From a virus: 64,000 bases of DNA. The stretch lies in IMG/VR virus record IMGVR_UViG_3300045988_140747. One strand, 5' to 3'. The notes beneath the pieces are model-generated. The model saw only the letters and a list, made by a program, of their open reading frames with translations. It was not told where the DNA came from and ran no database searches. Of the stretch, positions 34,258 to 42,902 are shown piece after piece. Both the position numbers and the translations under genes were made by a program. Positions within the stretch are counted from its first letter, which is position 1, and every line of letters begins with the position of its first letter.

Positions 34258-35135
34258 TGTACGAAACAAGCTATCAGATGATGAAAGCAGCGGCTGAAAG
34301 ATGCATGAAAATGCAGAAGGAGAGGCCGGGAGACTATAGGAATAGTCAGGGGCTTCTTGTATGTGGCCGCTGTAAGAGTCTACGACAGAAGATTATGATG
34401 ATTTCCAATCCGACTCCTGAAGACAAGGATCATAAAAGCCAGCTGATTGTTCCGATTCAGTGCAGATGCGATATCTCTGATCGCGAAAAAGGCTTGAAAG
34501 ATAGGGCCGATGCGCAAAATGCCGAAAGGCTTAAAAGGTTGAAAGCGGCCAGTCTGATGGATGAAAAGCTTGCAAATGCATCCTTTGACGGATTTCGGAG
34601 CAATCCATATAATGAGCGAAATCGAAAACTGTGCATCAGCTACGCCGATCGGTTTCAGAAAATGGTTGATAACAATCAAGGACTGCTTTTTTGGGGTGGA
34701 GTTGGAACAGGAAAGAGCTATGCTGCAGCCTGTATAGCCAACAGTCTTATGGGAAAAGGCGTTCCTGTTGTCATGACATCTTTTGTCAAGCTATTGGAGA
34801 TCATTCAATCCACCGGTCAGGAGTCCACAATATTATCAAACCTCAATTCTGCACAACTTGTTATTTTCGATGACCTTGGAGCTGAGCGTGGAACTGATTA
34901 CACGTTAGAAAAGGTTTACAACATTGTGGATAGCCGATATCGGAAAAGACTTCCGATGATTCTGACTACGAATCTTACTATCGAGCAGATGAAGGACGAG
35001 CAAGATATCCGCTACAGCCGAATTTATGATCGAATCTTCGAGTCCTGCTATCCGATGCAGTTCACAGGACCGAGCTGGAGAAAAAAAGAAGCATCCAGAC
35101 GTTTCAAGGAGATTGAAGATCTGCTTGGCAAGTAA
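34257..35135 (+). CDS. DnaC/IstB-like AAA+ helicase loader (292 aa)
   Basis: Walker A GGVGTGKSYAA, Walker B LVIFDDLGAE. TAATG overlap with the upstream gene. Confidence 0.85.
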   Translation: MYETSYQMMKAAAERCMKMQKERPGDYRNSQGLLVCGRCKSLRQKIMMISNPTPEDKDHKSQLIVPIQCRCDISDREKGLKDRADAQNAERLKRLKAASLMDEKLANASFDGFRSNPYNERNRKLCISYADRFQKMVDNNQGLLFWGGVGTGKSYAAACIANSLMGKGVPVVMTSFVKLLEIIQSTGQESTILSNLNSAQLVIFDDLGAERGTDYTLEKVYNIVDSRYRKRLPMILTTNLTIEQMKDEQDIRYSRIYDRIFESCYPMQFTGPSWRKKEASRRFKEIEDLLGK

Positions 35136-35150
35136 AAGGAGATAAACCCA

Positions 35151-35351
35151 ATGAATGAACGTGAGAAAGAAGGAGTCCTTCGCATCTCAAATGAAGCGGA
35201 TCGTATGACTGTCGTTGCCATCCTGTATAAGAACGGATACAGTGTGTCTCCGATTCGGAGGAAGAAAAACGGTAGAAGCTACGAATACTTTATCAAATAT
35301 TCGTACAACGAGAGTATCGATGAAATCGGAGGTACGCCCAGTGACAGTTAA
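35151..35351 (+). CDS. hypothetical protein (66 aa)
   Basis: AAGGAG RBS. Confidence 0.6.
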   Translation: MNEREKEGVLRISNEADRMTVVAILYKNGYSVSPIRRKKNGRSYEYFIKYSYNESIDEIGGTPSDS

Positions 35352-35832
35352 GTTTACCGTTTTTGGACAGCCCATCGGAAAAGGAAGACCAAAGTTTTCT
35401 ACGGTGTGCGGGCATGTGAATACCTACACACCGGAAAAAACTGCAAACTACGAGACGCTTGTGAAGTATGCGTACCAGAGCCAGTGCAGAGGAATTCGGT
35501 TTGACCCAAAGATTCCTCTTGATGTCCGAATCACTGCGTATTTCAAGATACCGTCCAGCTCGAGCAAGAAACGCGCAAAGTTGATGAGAGAGCACATCAT
35601 AAGGCCTGTCGTAAAGCCTGACATCGACAACGTGGCTAAGGTGGTGCTGGACTCCATCAATGGAGTTGCATTTTATGACGACTCTCAGATTGCGGATATG
35701 CAGGTGCGAAAATTCTATGACGACTCTCCCCGGGTGGTTGTCACAATCCGGGACATCCCATTGACTATGCCACGCGATTACCAATCGGAAATTAAACGCA
35801 GAAAACCGGAAATGAAAAGGAGAAAAACATGA
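35341..35832 (+). CDS. rusA: RusA-family Holliday junction resolvase (163 aa)
   Basis: GTG 35341 lies 8 nt after GGAGG. FTVFGQPIGKGRPKF ... KPDIDNVAKVVLDSINGVAFYDDSQI is the RusA signature. Confidence 0.85.
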   Translation: MTVKFTVFGQPIGKGRPKFSTVCGHVNTYTPEKTANYETLVKYAYQSQCRGIRFDPKIPLDVRITAYFKIPSSSSKKRAKLMREHIIRPVVKPDIDNVAKVVLDSINGVAFYDDSQIADMQVRKFYDDSPRVVVTIRDIPLTMPRDYQSEIKRRKPEMKRRKT

Positions 35833-36062
35833 GCAGAGAACTTGAGTTTGACGGCTACTGGGAGGGCGATATTGTCTACTCCTGCGATTGCTGTAACAAG
35901 GAAGAGCGATACCCGTTCACCTCGGAGGAAGAAGCCAAGTCCTACCGAGAGAAAGCCGACCTGAAGAAAAAAGGCTGGCTTTTCACCAAGGTGAACAACC
36001 GATTTGTTGATACATGCTGCGAGTCATGTCGCAACAAGTATATCCGTATGAACACCCTTTGA
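35829..36062 (+). CDS. zinc-ribbon protein (77 aa)
   Basis: CDCCNK...CCESCRNK. ATGA overlap. Confidence 0.65.
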   Translation: MSRELEFDGYWEGDIVYSCDCCNKEERYPFTSEEEAKSYREKADLKKKGWLFTKVNNRFVDTCCESCRNKYIRMNTL

Positions 36063-36082
36063 TATTTTAGGAGGAAACTGAA

Positions 36083-36622
36083 ATGACCAACAACGAAATG
36101 ATCCTGAGCCTGAAGAGCGACACCTTTGCAGCCATGAAGGAGGACTTCGACGGCGTGCTGGCACGTACGATCGGAAACATGGAGATGAAGAACGCTGACA
36201 ACGCCACCATCACCCTGAAGCTTGGCATCACGCTGGACAAGGTCAGCGTTGGCACTCCGAACGGCAATCAGGACATCACCCGTCCGTCCTTCAAGCATGA
36301 CATCAGCTCTGTCATGCAGGTCAAGGACCGCAAGTCCGGCGCTCTTACTGGAGACTATGAGCTCGTCTACGAGGATGGCAAGTATGTCATGCGCCGCATC
36401 GATGACGGCCAGACCAATATGTTTGATGGACAGATTGAGCATGTCGAGCCTTCCTTCGTTGATGCTGACTACAATGATGTTGTGGATGACGACACTGATC
36501 GCCAGAAGGCAATCCCGGCGGCATCTGAGGTAGGCCCTCGTAAGCTTCCCGCAGCATCCACCGATGCTTCCGAGGATGACCCCGAAGATGGTGATTACAC
36601 TTACGACGAGCCGGAAGACTAA
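36083..36622 (+). CDS. hypothetical protein with strongly acidic tail (179 aa)
   Basis: GGAGGA RBS. C-terminus SEDDPEDGDYTYDEPED. Confidence 0.7.
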   Translation: MTNNEMILSLKSDTFAAMKEDFDGVLARTIGNMEMKNADNATITLKLGITLDKVSVGTPNGNQDITRPSFKHDISSVMQVKDRKSGALTGDYELVYEDGKYVMRRIDDGQTNMFDGQIEHVEPSFVDADYNDVVDDDTDRQKAIPAASEVGPRKLPAASTDASEDDPEDGDYTYDEPED

Positions 36623-36658
36623 GTAGGCCATAAAAATCCGTAAAAAGAGGGAAGCTAC

Positions 36659-37390
36659 ATGAAAAGCCCCATCGATGTTGTAAAAGGAACGATAGTAGGT
36701 TATGACGACAGAACCCGAGAGATTATCATCCGAGCGCCTTATGATGATTGGTTCACCATGACAAAGCGAGGCTACTCAAAGTGCAATGTCCAGTTGATAG
36801 ACTCTCGGCCACTGTCTGACAAGCAAAGAAGAACGTGTTACAAGCTCATTAGAGAGATTGCAAACTACACGGGAATGGGACTCGACCCCGCCAAAGAATA
36901 CCTCAAGTTGAAGTTCTTGGTTGAAGATATGGAGTCCACTGCTGACCAGATGTTCTCTTTGAGCGATGCTCCGATGAGCCTTGTGTGCGCGTTTCAAAGA
37001 TTCCTTGTACATTTCATCATCGACTGGGATCTGCCCTGTAGCTTCCCTCTGCTGGATTTTGTAGACGACACACAGGATTACATCTATGCCTGTTTGGCCG
37101 CTAAGAAATGCTGCGTATGCGGAAAGCAGAGTGATCTGCACCACGTTGAGCATGTCGGCACCGGACGAGACAGAGAAGACATCATCCACGAAGGAATGGA
37201 AGTTTTACCATTATGTAGAATCCACCACACAGAAGCGCACCAGATCGGCCAGATCACCTTCAACCGGAAGTACCACATCGATCGGGGCGTAAGGTTGGAC
37301 AAGGATCTCTGCAAGATCTATAGGCTGAAGAGAAAAAAGGAGCAAGAAAATGCTGAATGTAGTGGCGATTATGGGTCGGCTGGTTGCTGA
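36659..37390 (+). CDS. HNH-type nuclease-like protein (243 aa)
   Basis: CCVCGKQSDLHHVEHVGTGRDREDIIHEGMEVLPLCRIHHTEAH (Cys pair plus His-rich HNH-like core). Confidence 0.55.
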   Translation: MKSPIDVVKGTIVGYDDRTREIIIRAPYDDWFTMTKRGYSKCNVQLIDSRPLSDKQRRTCYKLIREIANYTGMGLDPAKEYLKLKFLVEDMESTADQMFSLSDAPMSLVCAFQRFLVHFIIDWDLPCSFPLLDFVDDTQDYIYACLAAKKCCVCGKQSDLHHVEHVGTGRDREDIIHEGMEVLPLCRIHHTEAHQIGQITFNRKYHIDRGVRLDKDLCKIYRLKRKKEQENAECSGDYGSAGC

Positions 37391-37811
37391 CCCTGAGCTC
37401 AGAACCACGCAGAGCGGTACTGATGTATGCAGTTTTCGTATCGCTTGTGATCGTAATTTTGTACGCCAAGGAGAGCAGCGTCAGGCAGATTTCATCGATA
37501 TTGTCGCTTGGCGAAATCAGGCATCCTTTGTAAGCAAGTATTTCCAGAAAGGTAGTCTGATTGCCATTGAAGGCAGTCTTCAGACCCGAAACTATCAAGA
37601 CAAGAATGGCAACAAGCGTACAGCAGTAGAGGTCGTTGCAAACAACATTAACTTCGCTGGCCCCAAGAACAACGGCTCTGGCGGAGGCAATGATTATCAA
37701 AACGCATCCTCTAACACGAGCTATGACGCTGCGGATCCTGCGCCCGCAGAGGATGCAACAGCGGCTGACGATTTCGCTGTCATTGACGATACAGATGACC
37801 TGCCATTCTAG
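37350..37811 (+). CDS. ssb: single-stranded DNA-binding protein (153 aa)
   Basis: MLNVVAIMGRLVADPELRTTQSGTDVCSFRIA...OB-fold pattern. Gly/Asn-rich linker. Acidic tail ending DDLPF. Confidence 0.9.
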   Translation: MLNVVAIMGRLVADPELRTTQSGTDVCSFRIACDRNFVRQGEQRQADFIDIVAWRNQASFVSKYFQKGSLIAIEGSLQTRNYQDKNGNKRTAVEVVANNINFAGPKNNGSGGGNDYQNASSNTSYDAADPAPAEDATAADDFAVIDDTDDLPF

Positions 37812-37824
37812 CGAGGTGTGAAAA

Positions 37825-38232
37825 ATGAGTCTTGCCCGTAAAATGATTCGTTGCAGTCTGCGTACTGGCGGAAAGAGCATAGAGCAAATCCGAGAGATGT
37901 TCAAAGGGCAGGGGCTGACTTACCGGGACTTTGAAAACCTTCAGAAAATGTATGAAGAGTTTGACGGCGCGGAAGTTGTCCTGTCGCTGTGGGACTGGGA
38001 TCGGAGAGAAAGCTATCATCTTGATAGTTGGTCAGCTGCTGATGATGAGAAGGTGATGCGCGGCGTATACTTCGCCGAGCAGACTCATCCGTTCCCGCGG
38101 TACAAAGACAATTTTGAAAAGTTCCAATGCGACTGGAAGGCTGGAAAATATGACTTCGGAGGAGCTTCTTTGACATTTTCACCCGAGGACGTTGAAGAAA
38201 TCGAAGAGGTTATCGGAATGGAGATGCCCTGA
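37825..38232 (+). CDS. hypothetical protein (135 aa)
   Basis: GAGGTG RBS. Confidence 0.7.
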   Translation: MSLARKMIRCSLRTGGKSIEQIREMFKGQGLTYRDFENLQKMYEEFDGAEVVLSLWDWDRRESYHLDSWSAADDEKVMRGVYFAEQTHPFPRYKDNFEKFQCDWKAGKYDFGGASLTFSPEDVEEIEEVIGMEMP

Positions 38233-38235
38233 AAT

Positions 38236-38652
38236 TTGAACAAGAGCTGTGCTATCTGGCTTGACGGGCGCTCTTTTTCTATGAAAGATGAAATTTTACT
38301 GCAATTGGGTAATGATGGAAATCTCAAAAAGTACAATGATGAGTTTGACATCATCATTCATTGCGAAACCGAAAAGGATAGGGAAGATACCATAAGGCTC
38401 CTCAAGAGAGCCGATAGGCTTAGATGGCACGATGTCAACAAGGAAATGCCTAAAGATGACGTGGATCCTTTGGCCAAAGATTGTAGCGTTGAGGTGTATG
38501 TTGTAACCAATGATGGATGGACGGGCATTGCCTTTCATGTCAAAGGTGATCCGGCAGACGAATGGATGTTCGCCGAAGGCTCTGCAAGCTTCGGAACGTC
38601 TTTTGACGGCGTGACCCATTGGATGTATCAACCTGATGCGCCAGACAAATGA
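38236..38652 (+). CDS. DUF551-domain protein (up to 138 aa; start uncertain)
   Basis: C-terminal LRWHDVNKEMPKDD...GVTHWMYQPDAP matches the DUF551 frame. Start is TTG 38236 or ATG 38281. Confidence 0.6.
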   Translation: MNKSCAIWLDGRSFSMKDEILLQLGNDGNLKKYNDEFDIIIHCETEKDREDTIRLLKRADRLRWHDVNKEMPKDDVDPLAKDCSVEVYVVTNDGWTGIAFHVKGDPADEWMFAEGSASFGTSFDGVTHWMYQPDAPDK

Positions 38653-38670
38653 AAGGAATAGACAAGATAT

Positions 38671-39168
38671 ATGAGCGTAGTAGCAGCAAAGGTATATACC
38701 GACCACATCGAAGTGGCAGCGGATTCTATCATTGTCCAAGGCGACATGAAGAGATCTGGCTTTTTTTCAAAGCTTGAATGCATCAACGATATGATTATTG
38801 GAGCTTGTGGGACTGCGAGAGAGGCTTCTTTAATGTGGCAATTTGCAAAGACCCACAAGCCAGAATCTGCCACTGAGAGAGATGTTCTTGCGTACATGGT
38901 CGAATTTCTTAAATGGAAAAAGGATTTCGGAGGAGACGCCGAAATTGAGAATGATTACGTTATTGCTTACCAAGGGCGTCTTTTTGAAATCGAGGAAACG
39001 TTTGTGAATCGAGTGAAAGACTACGTTGCGATCGGAGCCGGCATGTACTTTGCAACTGCAGCTCTTTACCTCGGCCAGAGTCCCAAAAATGCGGTTAAGG
39101 TGGCGTGCGATCTTAACTGCTATGTGGCCGAACCTATTGTGTCTTATGAGATGAAAACAGTTGACTAA
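38671..39168 (+). CDS. HslV / proteasome beta-subunit-like (Ntn-hydrolase fold) protein, 165 aa
   Basis: HIEVAADSIIVQGDMKRSGFFSKLECINDMIIGACGTAREA and YVAIGAGMYFATAALYLG parallel the HslV blocks (vaiagDgqvt.G....k...rKvrrl...vlaGfAGstADa / faiGSGg.yAlaAAra). No N-terminal Thr. Confidence 0.4.
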   Translation: MSVVAAKVYTDHIEVAADSIIVQGDMKRSGFFSKLECINDMIIGACGTAREASLMWQFAKTHKPESATERDVLAYMVEFLKWKKDFGGDAEIENDYVIAYQGRLFEIEETFVNRVKDYVAIGAGMYFATAALYLGQSPKNAVKVACDLNCYVAEPIVSYEMKTVD

Positions 39169-39180
39169 GGAGGTTTTAGT

Positions 39181-39597
39181 ATGAAAGTCATTATCAATAC
39201 CCACGGAAACCCGCTTCCCGCGTCTTACGGCGAGTGGGTCGATCTTTACACCGCAGAAGATGCAACCCTCGAACCGCTGGAGTTTAAGATCATCTCTCTT
39301 GGCGTGTCCATGCAGTTGCCCAAAGGAAAGTATGCCGTCGTGGTCCCACGCTCTTCTGCCTGCAAGAACTATGGTGTCATCATGGCGAACAGCATTGGCA
39401 TCATTGAGAACAGCTATTGCGGCAACAATGACATCTGGGGATTTCCTGCTGTTGCCATCCGGCACACTGAGATTCCGAAGGGAACACGGCTGTGCCAGTT
39501 CCGGCTTGTTGACCAGTCCGAAGCGATCGTGTTTGAACCCGTTGATGACCTCGGGAACCCTGACCGTGGCGGGTTTGGAAGCACTGGCAGCAAGTAA
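39181..39597 (+). CDS. dut: dUTP diphosphatase (trimeric dUTPase), 138 aa
   Basis: Motifs VVPRSS, GIIENSYCG, and C-terminal DRGGFGSTG. AAGGAGG RBS. Confidence 0.85.
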   Translation: MKVIINTHGNPLPASYGEWVDLYTAEDATLEPLEFKIISLGVSMQLPKGKYAVVVPRSSACKNYGVIMANSIGIIENSYCGNNDIWGFPAVAIRHTEIPKGTRLCQFRLVDQSEAIVFEPVDDLGNPDRGGFGSTGSK

Positions 39598-39677
39598 ACC
39601 TCTCTGTTGGGACATTTTCATTCCATTATCTGCCCCTGCTAAAGGATAGAGTGATGACGATGTAGGAGGAAATCAAA

Positions 39678-40214
39678 GTGAGAAGCCCGGAAATCGAGAT
39701 AAAAGAAAGACGGTATGACGTTGATGCCGTAAAGAATCGGCTCAACGCATACCGCGATAAAGAGCGGGAAATCGACGTCAAGGTCGAACGGCTTGAAACT
39801 TTGATTTCCAAAATGAAAAGCATAGAATCCCAGAGGATGTCCGATATGCCTAAAGCTGCCGGAGCCGGAAGTGACAGAATGGCGCGTGATCTTGAGCATA
39901 AGGAAGACCTAGAAAATGCTATCAATGAAGCAATAATGTCGCAGAAGGTCGAAAAGGCCGCTATCAAGGAAGAACTCGAGCAGCTGAAACTTTCAGATGA
40001 AAGAGAAGTTATCCAGATTCGGTATTTTGATTGCAACGGGTGGAGCGATGTTGCCCGGATCATGTTTGGTATGAAACCTGACTATGAGCGAAAGCAAGAT
40101 AGCTATCTTCGACGAGTGTTCAAAATACACGGCTCTGCACTCCTGCACATTGCGATGATCGAAGAGGAAGGAACAATGAATCCGTCCGAGAAGACTTCGG
40201 AAATTGCGAATTAA
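39678..40214 (+). CDS. sigma-70 region-4-like late transcription activator (ArpU/RinA-type), 178 aa
   Basis: GTG start 8 nt after AGGAGGA. N-terminal coiled coil plus C-terminal EREVIQIRYFDCNGWSDVARIMF HTH, as in phage sigma-like activators. Confidence 0.6.
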   Translation: MRSPEIEIKERRYDVDAVKNRLNAYRDKEREIDVKVERLETLISKMKSIESQRMSDMPKAAGAGSDRMARDLEHKEDLENAINEAIMSQKVEKAAIKEELEQLKLSDEREVIQIRYFDCNGWSDVARIMFGMKPDYERKQDSYLRRVFKIHGSALLHIAMIEEEGTMNPSEKTSEIAN

Positions 40215-40224
40215 CGCAATTTAT

Positions 40225-40252
40225 TTGACATGGACGGTAGTTGTGGTACGAT
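40225..40252 (+). promoter_or_regulatory. conserved phage promoter cassette, copy 9
   Basis: TTGACA 40225-40230, spacer tggaCGGTAGTTgTGG, TACGAT 40247-40252. Confidence 0.7.
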
Positions 40253-40293
40253 AACGTTGTAAAAACAAACCCACAACAAACGGAGGAAATACA

Positions 40294-40524
40294 ATGAAGG
40301 CCAAAATGAAGAAGTATTTCGCTGTCAAGAACGTTGAGCTTCCCGATTGCACTTATGTTCCCGGGTACTTCGGAAAGGAGCATTTTGCCTCAACACATCC
40401 GACCCCGAAGGAGATTGAGACGTTTGGCTTTGACACCAGAAATCAGGCGATCGATGAACTTTGCAACCTTGCGAAGATCTTCGGAACCGGGAACGTACAC
40501 GGATACGCTGTTGTTGAACTATGA
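40294..40524 (+). CDS. hypothetical protein (76 aa)
   Basis: CGGAGGA RBS. Confidence 0.65.
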   Translation: MKAKMKKYFAVKNVELPDCTYVPGYFGKEHFASTHPTPKEIETFGFDTRNQAIDELCNLAKIFGTGNVHGYAVVEL

Positions 40525-40547
40525 TTACCGAAAAGGAGGCTGTTTGG

Positions 40548-40775
40548 ATGACCAAGATTGACGCTTTCAAGGAAACTATCAATATCGATATCGCAATGAA
40601 GCGCGGTATGATGAATCGCGACGTTGAAAGCATCAGGAACTGCATTGACAGTGATCCTGTTGCGTTCGCCGATCAGATTCTCAGCTACGCTGAGGATCTT
40701 TCAAGACTTAAGAACGAGATTATCAATCTGAAATCCACCTTGTCTATGCTTGATGCTATCAAAGTATCTGAATGA
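40548..40775 (+). CDS. hypothetical protein (75 aa)
   Basis: ATG 40548 lies 8 nt after AAAGGAGG. ATG 40521 (ATGA overlap) is an alternative start. Confidence 0.6.
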   Translation: MTKIDAFKETINIDIAMKRGMMNRDVESIRNCIDSDPVAFADQILSYAEDLSRLKNEIINLKSTLSMLDAIKVSE

Positions 40776-40792
40776 TCGCGGAGGAAAAGAAT

Positions 40793-41206
40793 ATGAACAT
40801 CAGCTTTGAAGAAAAGAAGACGGAAGCCATCAACCGCATGAAGATGCTCGGAATCTTCCCGGAGACCATCAAGCAGTTCAAGCAGGGGGGCTATGTTAGC
40901 CGGAGTGATCCTCCCTTTGGAGCGTACTACTGGGTAGAAGGCGATGAACTTGATGCCCTTAGAAAGTTTGAGCAAGCGCACAACTGCCTTGTCTACACTG
41001 TCGTTCGAGCTTACACAAGCATCGGCATGATGGACAGCTACCTGTTTGTAAGCGACTGCAAGGATGACTGGGATTCCGATCGAGAGGATCTCAAGGAAGG
41101 GTATGCCTTCTCCTACACAGTCAACTACGATGCCCCTGACTGCTCCGAGTTTGGCACTATTGGGATCAAGCTTGCCGCTGCCGCAGGACTCGTACGGACA
41201 GCGTGA
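40793..41206 (+). CDS. hypothetical protein (137 aa)
   Basis: ATG 40793 lies 8 nt after GGAGG (40780-40784). Confidence 0.65.
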   Translation: MNISFEEKKTEAINRMKMLGIFPETIKQFKQGGYVSRSDPPFGAYYWVEGDELDALRKFEQAHNCLVYTVVRAYTSIGMMDSYLFVSDCKDDWDSDREDLKEGYAFSYTVNYDAPDCSEFGTIGIKLAAAAGLVRTA

Positions 41207-41333
41207 TGGCTGTTTATCAATAAAAAGGAGGAGCGTCTTATGAACGGAAAACCGCCGAGAGATCCGAAGTATCCATACAAATTGCCTATTTGGTGGTGAA
41301 GTTCCAATCCATGCCGGGAGCACCCGGCTTTAT

Positions 41334-41409
41334 CGGGTATTGGCGCAGACGGTAGCGCGCCAGATTTGGGATCTGGAGGCCGTCAGTTCGAATCTGACAT
41401 ATCCGACCA
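41334..41409 (+). tRNA. tRNA-Pro (anticodon TGG), CCA encoded
   Basis: Hand-folded. Acceptor CGGGTAT/ATATCCG, D arm GCGC-AGACGGTA-GCGC, anticodon arm CCAGA-TTTGGGA-TCTGG, T arm GTCAG-TTCGAAT-CTGAC, A73, CCA. Confidence 0.85.
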
Positions 41410-41460
41410 GCGGATCATCTCCGCATCGATTGTCAACACATATAGTCTGGAGGAAATGAA

Positions 41461-41628
41461 ATGCCTACGCAGAGAGAATTTTCTGAAGCTTTCAGGTGGA
41501 TGTTCGGAAGCACTTGGAGAGGAGCTGTTGAGACGTACAAGGAAATGAAACGGAAGGATCCACAGTATATCGAAACAGTCGTGGCCGTCTACCGGAAAAA
41601 TAGCCGAGATGCGTTTTATAACGACTGA
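41461..41628 (+). CDS. hypothetical protein (55 aa) between two tRNAs
   Basis: Below ORF-track cutoff. ATG 41461 lies 7 nt after GGAGG. Reads MPTQREFSEAFRWMFGSTWRGAVETYKEMKRKDPQYIETVVAVYRKNSRDAFYND. Confidence 0.5.
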   Translation: MPTQREFSEAFRWMFGSTWRGAVETYKEMKRKDPQYIETVVAVYRKNSRDAFYND

Positions 41629-41638
41629 TTATCAATAC

Positions 41639-41715
41639 GGGCTAGTAGCTCAGTCGGTCAGAGCCGGCAGCTCATAACTGCTTGGTCGCGGGTTCAAGTC
41701 CTGCCTGGCCCACCA
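41639..41715 (+). tRNA. tRNA with CAT anticodon (elongator Met or Ile2), CCA encoded
   Basis: Acceptor GGGCTAG/CTGGCCC (G1-C72, so not an initiator). D arm GCTC-AGTCGGTCA-GAGC, anticodon arm GGCAG-CTCATAA-CTGCT, T arm GCGGG-TTCAAGT-CCTGC. Confidence 0.85.
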
Positions 41716-41752
41716 TTTTTTTGAATACTACCCCAAAAAGGAGAGATGGATA

Positions 41753-41998
41753 ATGAAAAATTCGAGCGTCAAGGAAATCGTTGAATGGGTTATTGCGAAG
41801 GGGAAAGAGAAGGCTTCGTCTCGTGTCGCGGTTATCCACGAAAGCGAGATTATCAAAGAGTTCGGTGTGGAACCTGGATGGCTTCAGAGCCATGGTCCCG
41901 AAATCTATCATGAGTGCGATCGGCACACAGAAGTTTCGGATTCTCTGATCTACACCGGAAATGACAGGGACTATTGGTCTATTCAGCTCACTTTTTGA
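41753..41998 (+). CDS. hypothetical protein (81 aa)
   Basis: AAAGGAGAG RBS. Confidence 0.65.
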   Translation: MKNSSVKEIVEWVIAKGKEKASSRVAVIHESEIIKEFGVEPGWLQSHGPEIYHECDRHTEVSDSLIYTGNDRDYWSIQLTF

Positions 41999-42035
41999 GC
42001 AAATAATAAGTCAAACGTGAAGGAAGGTTTTCATT

Positions 42036-42407
42036 ATGTTTTATTCGTTCTGCTTCTTGAACGGCAAGATCGGCGTTACTCTTGATCGCTACACCACCAT
42101 CTCACCGAAGTTCCGCTCTTGCATTACCGGAATGATCGTTTCCGAAGATGATACTGAGGCGCTTGGCGATATGATCGGTGAAGAGGGCATTCATCTCCTT
42201 GTTGAGAACGGCTTTCTGATCGAAGAAGGCGAATGGAAAAAGACTCCTGACACCAGATCGTGGCAGGAGCTTTGTGAGTATGGCGAGGTTATCAAAGCGG
42301 TAAGGAAATTCAGGGAAGATCACGATTCCACCCTGAGAGAAGCTCGTGATGCCATTGAGAACTACAAGGCGTTTCTGAAGAACAAGTACGGCAGGAAGGG
42401 AAAGTAA
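42036..42407 (+). CDS. hypothetical protein (123 aa)
   Basis: GAAGGAAGG RBS. Confidence 0.65.
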   Translation: MFYSFCFLNGKIGVTLDRYTTISPKFRSCITGMIVSEDDTEALGDMIGEEGIHLLVENGFLIEEGEWKKTPDTRSWQELCEYGEVIKAVRKFREDHDSTLREARDAIENYKAFLKNKYGRKGK

Positions 42408-42673
42408 TGATGCATCCCAATTATTTCACGGTTCTTGGTTACAACAAGGACGATGGCAGTTACACTCATTTTACGGACTGCTCAAGTTTTCCAAATGCAG
42501 AAAGGTATGCAAGGTACTTGCTTCGGACGGCTCAGGCAAAGCCGGCTGGCGGAAGCTTTGACCAGTTCGAAGTATGGGATATCAACAAGAACCGGGTTGC
42601 AGTGCTATCCCCCGACGGGGGGAAGCGAATCTGTGAGGGCGTGACAAATGCGGATCGAGAAGATTTTCTGTGA
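42407..42673 (+). CDS. hypothetical protein (88 aa)
   Basis: TAATG overlap with the previous gene. Confidence 0.6.
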   Translation: MMHPNYFTVLGYNKDDGSYTHFTDCSSFPNAERYARYLLRTAQAKPAGGSFDQFEVWDINKNRVAVLSPDGGKRICEGVTNADREDFL

Positions 42674-42902
42674 TCGTTGCGGCAAGGAGATTCCAAAGGT
42701 TACAGAGATGAACATTTTGGGCCATGAAGTAGAGAGATATCGGCTTGGGAAGCTAGATTTTGGATTTCCATTCCACGACATCGACCTTAGCCGGTATGGC
42801 ACAGACGTTTGCGAGAAATGCGCTTTTGAAGTAAGCATATTGATGCGCGACCAGAAAGCTAAAATGATTGGAGGCAACGGCTATGGAACACTCAAGGAAT
42901 GA
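42648..42902 (+). CDS. zinc-ribbon protein (84 aa)
   Basis: CDRCGK...CEKCAFE. GAGGG lies 9 nt upstream. Confidence 0.6.
   Translation: MRIEKIFCDRCGKEIPKVTEMNILGHEVERYRLGKLDFGFPFHDIDLSRYGTDVCEKCAFEVSILMRDQKAKMIGGNGYGTLKE

Noticed and set aside
39678-40214. Terminase small subunit assignment for the sigma-like protein
   Set aside because: It lies 16 kb upstream of terL and is separated from it by tRNAs and accessory genes. The C-terminal sigma-70 region-4-like HTH and N-terminal coiled coil fit the ArpU/RinA-type activators better. The gene directly upstream of terL (55644) is the more natural TerS candidate.
41366-41548. 60-codon ORF overlapping tRNA-Pro
   Set aside because: It starts inside the tRNA gene. 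The better-supported reading is the 55-aa ORF at 41461 in another frame, which has a GGAGG 7 nt upstream.
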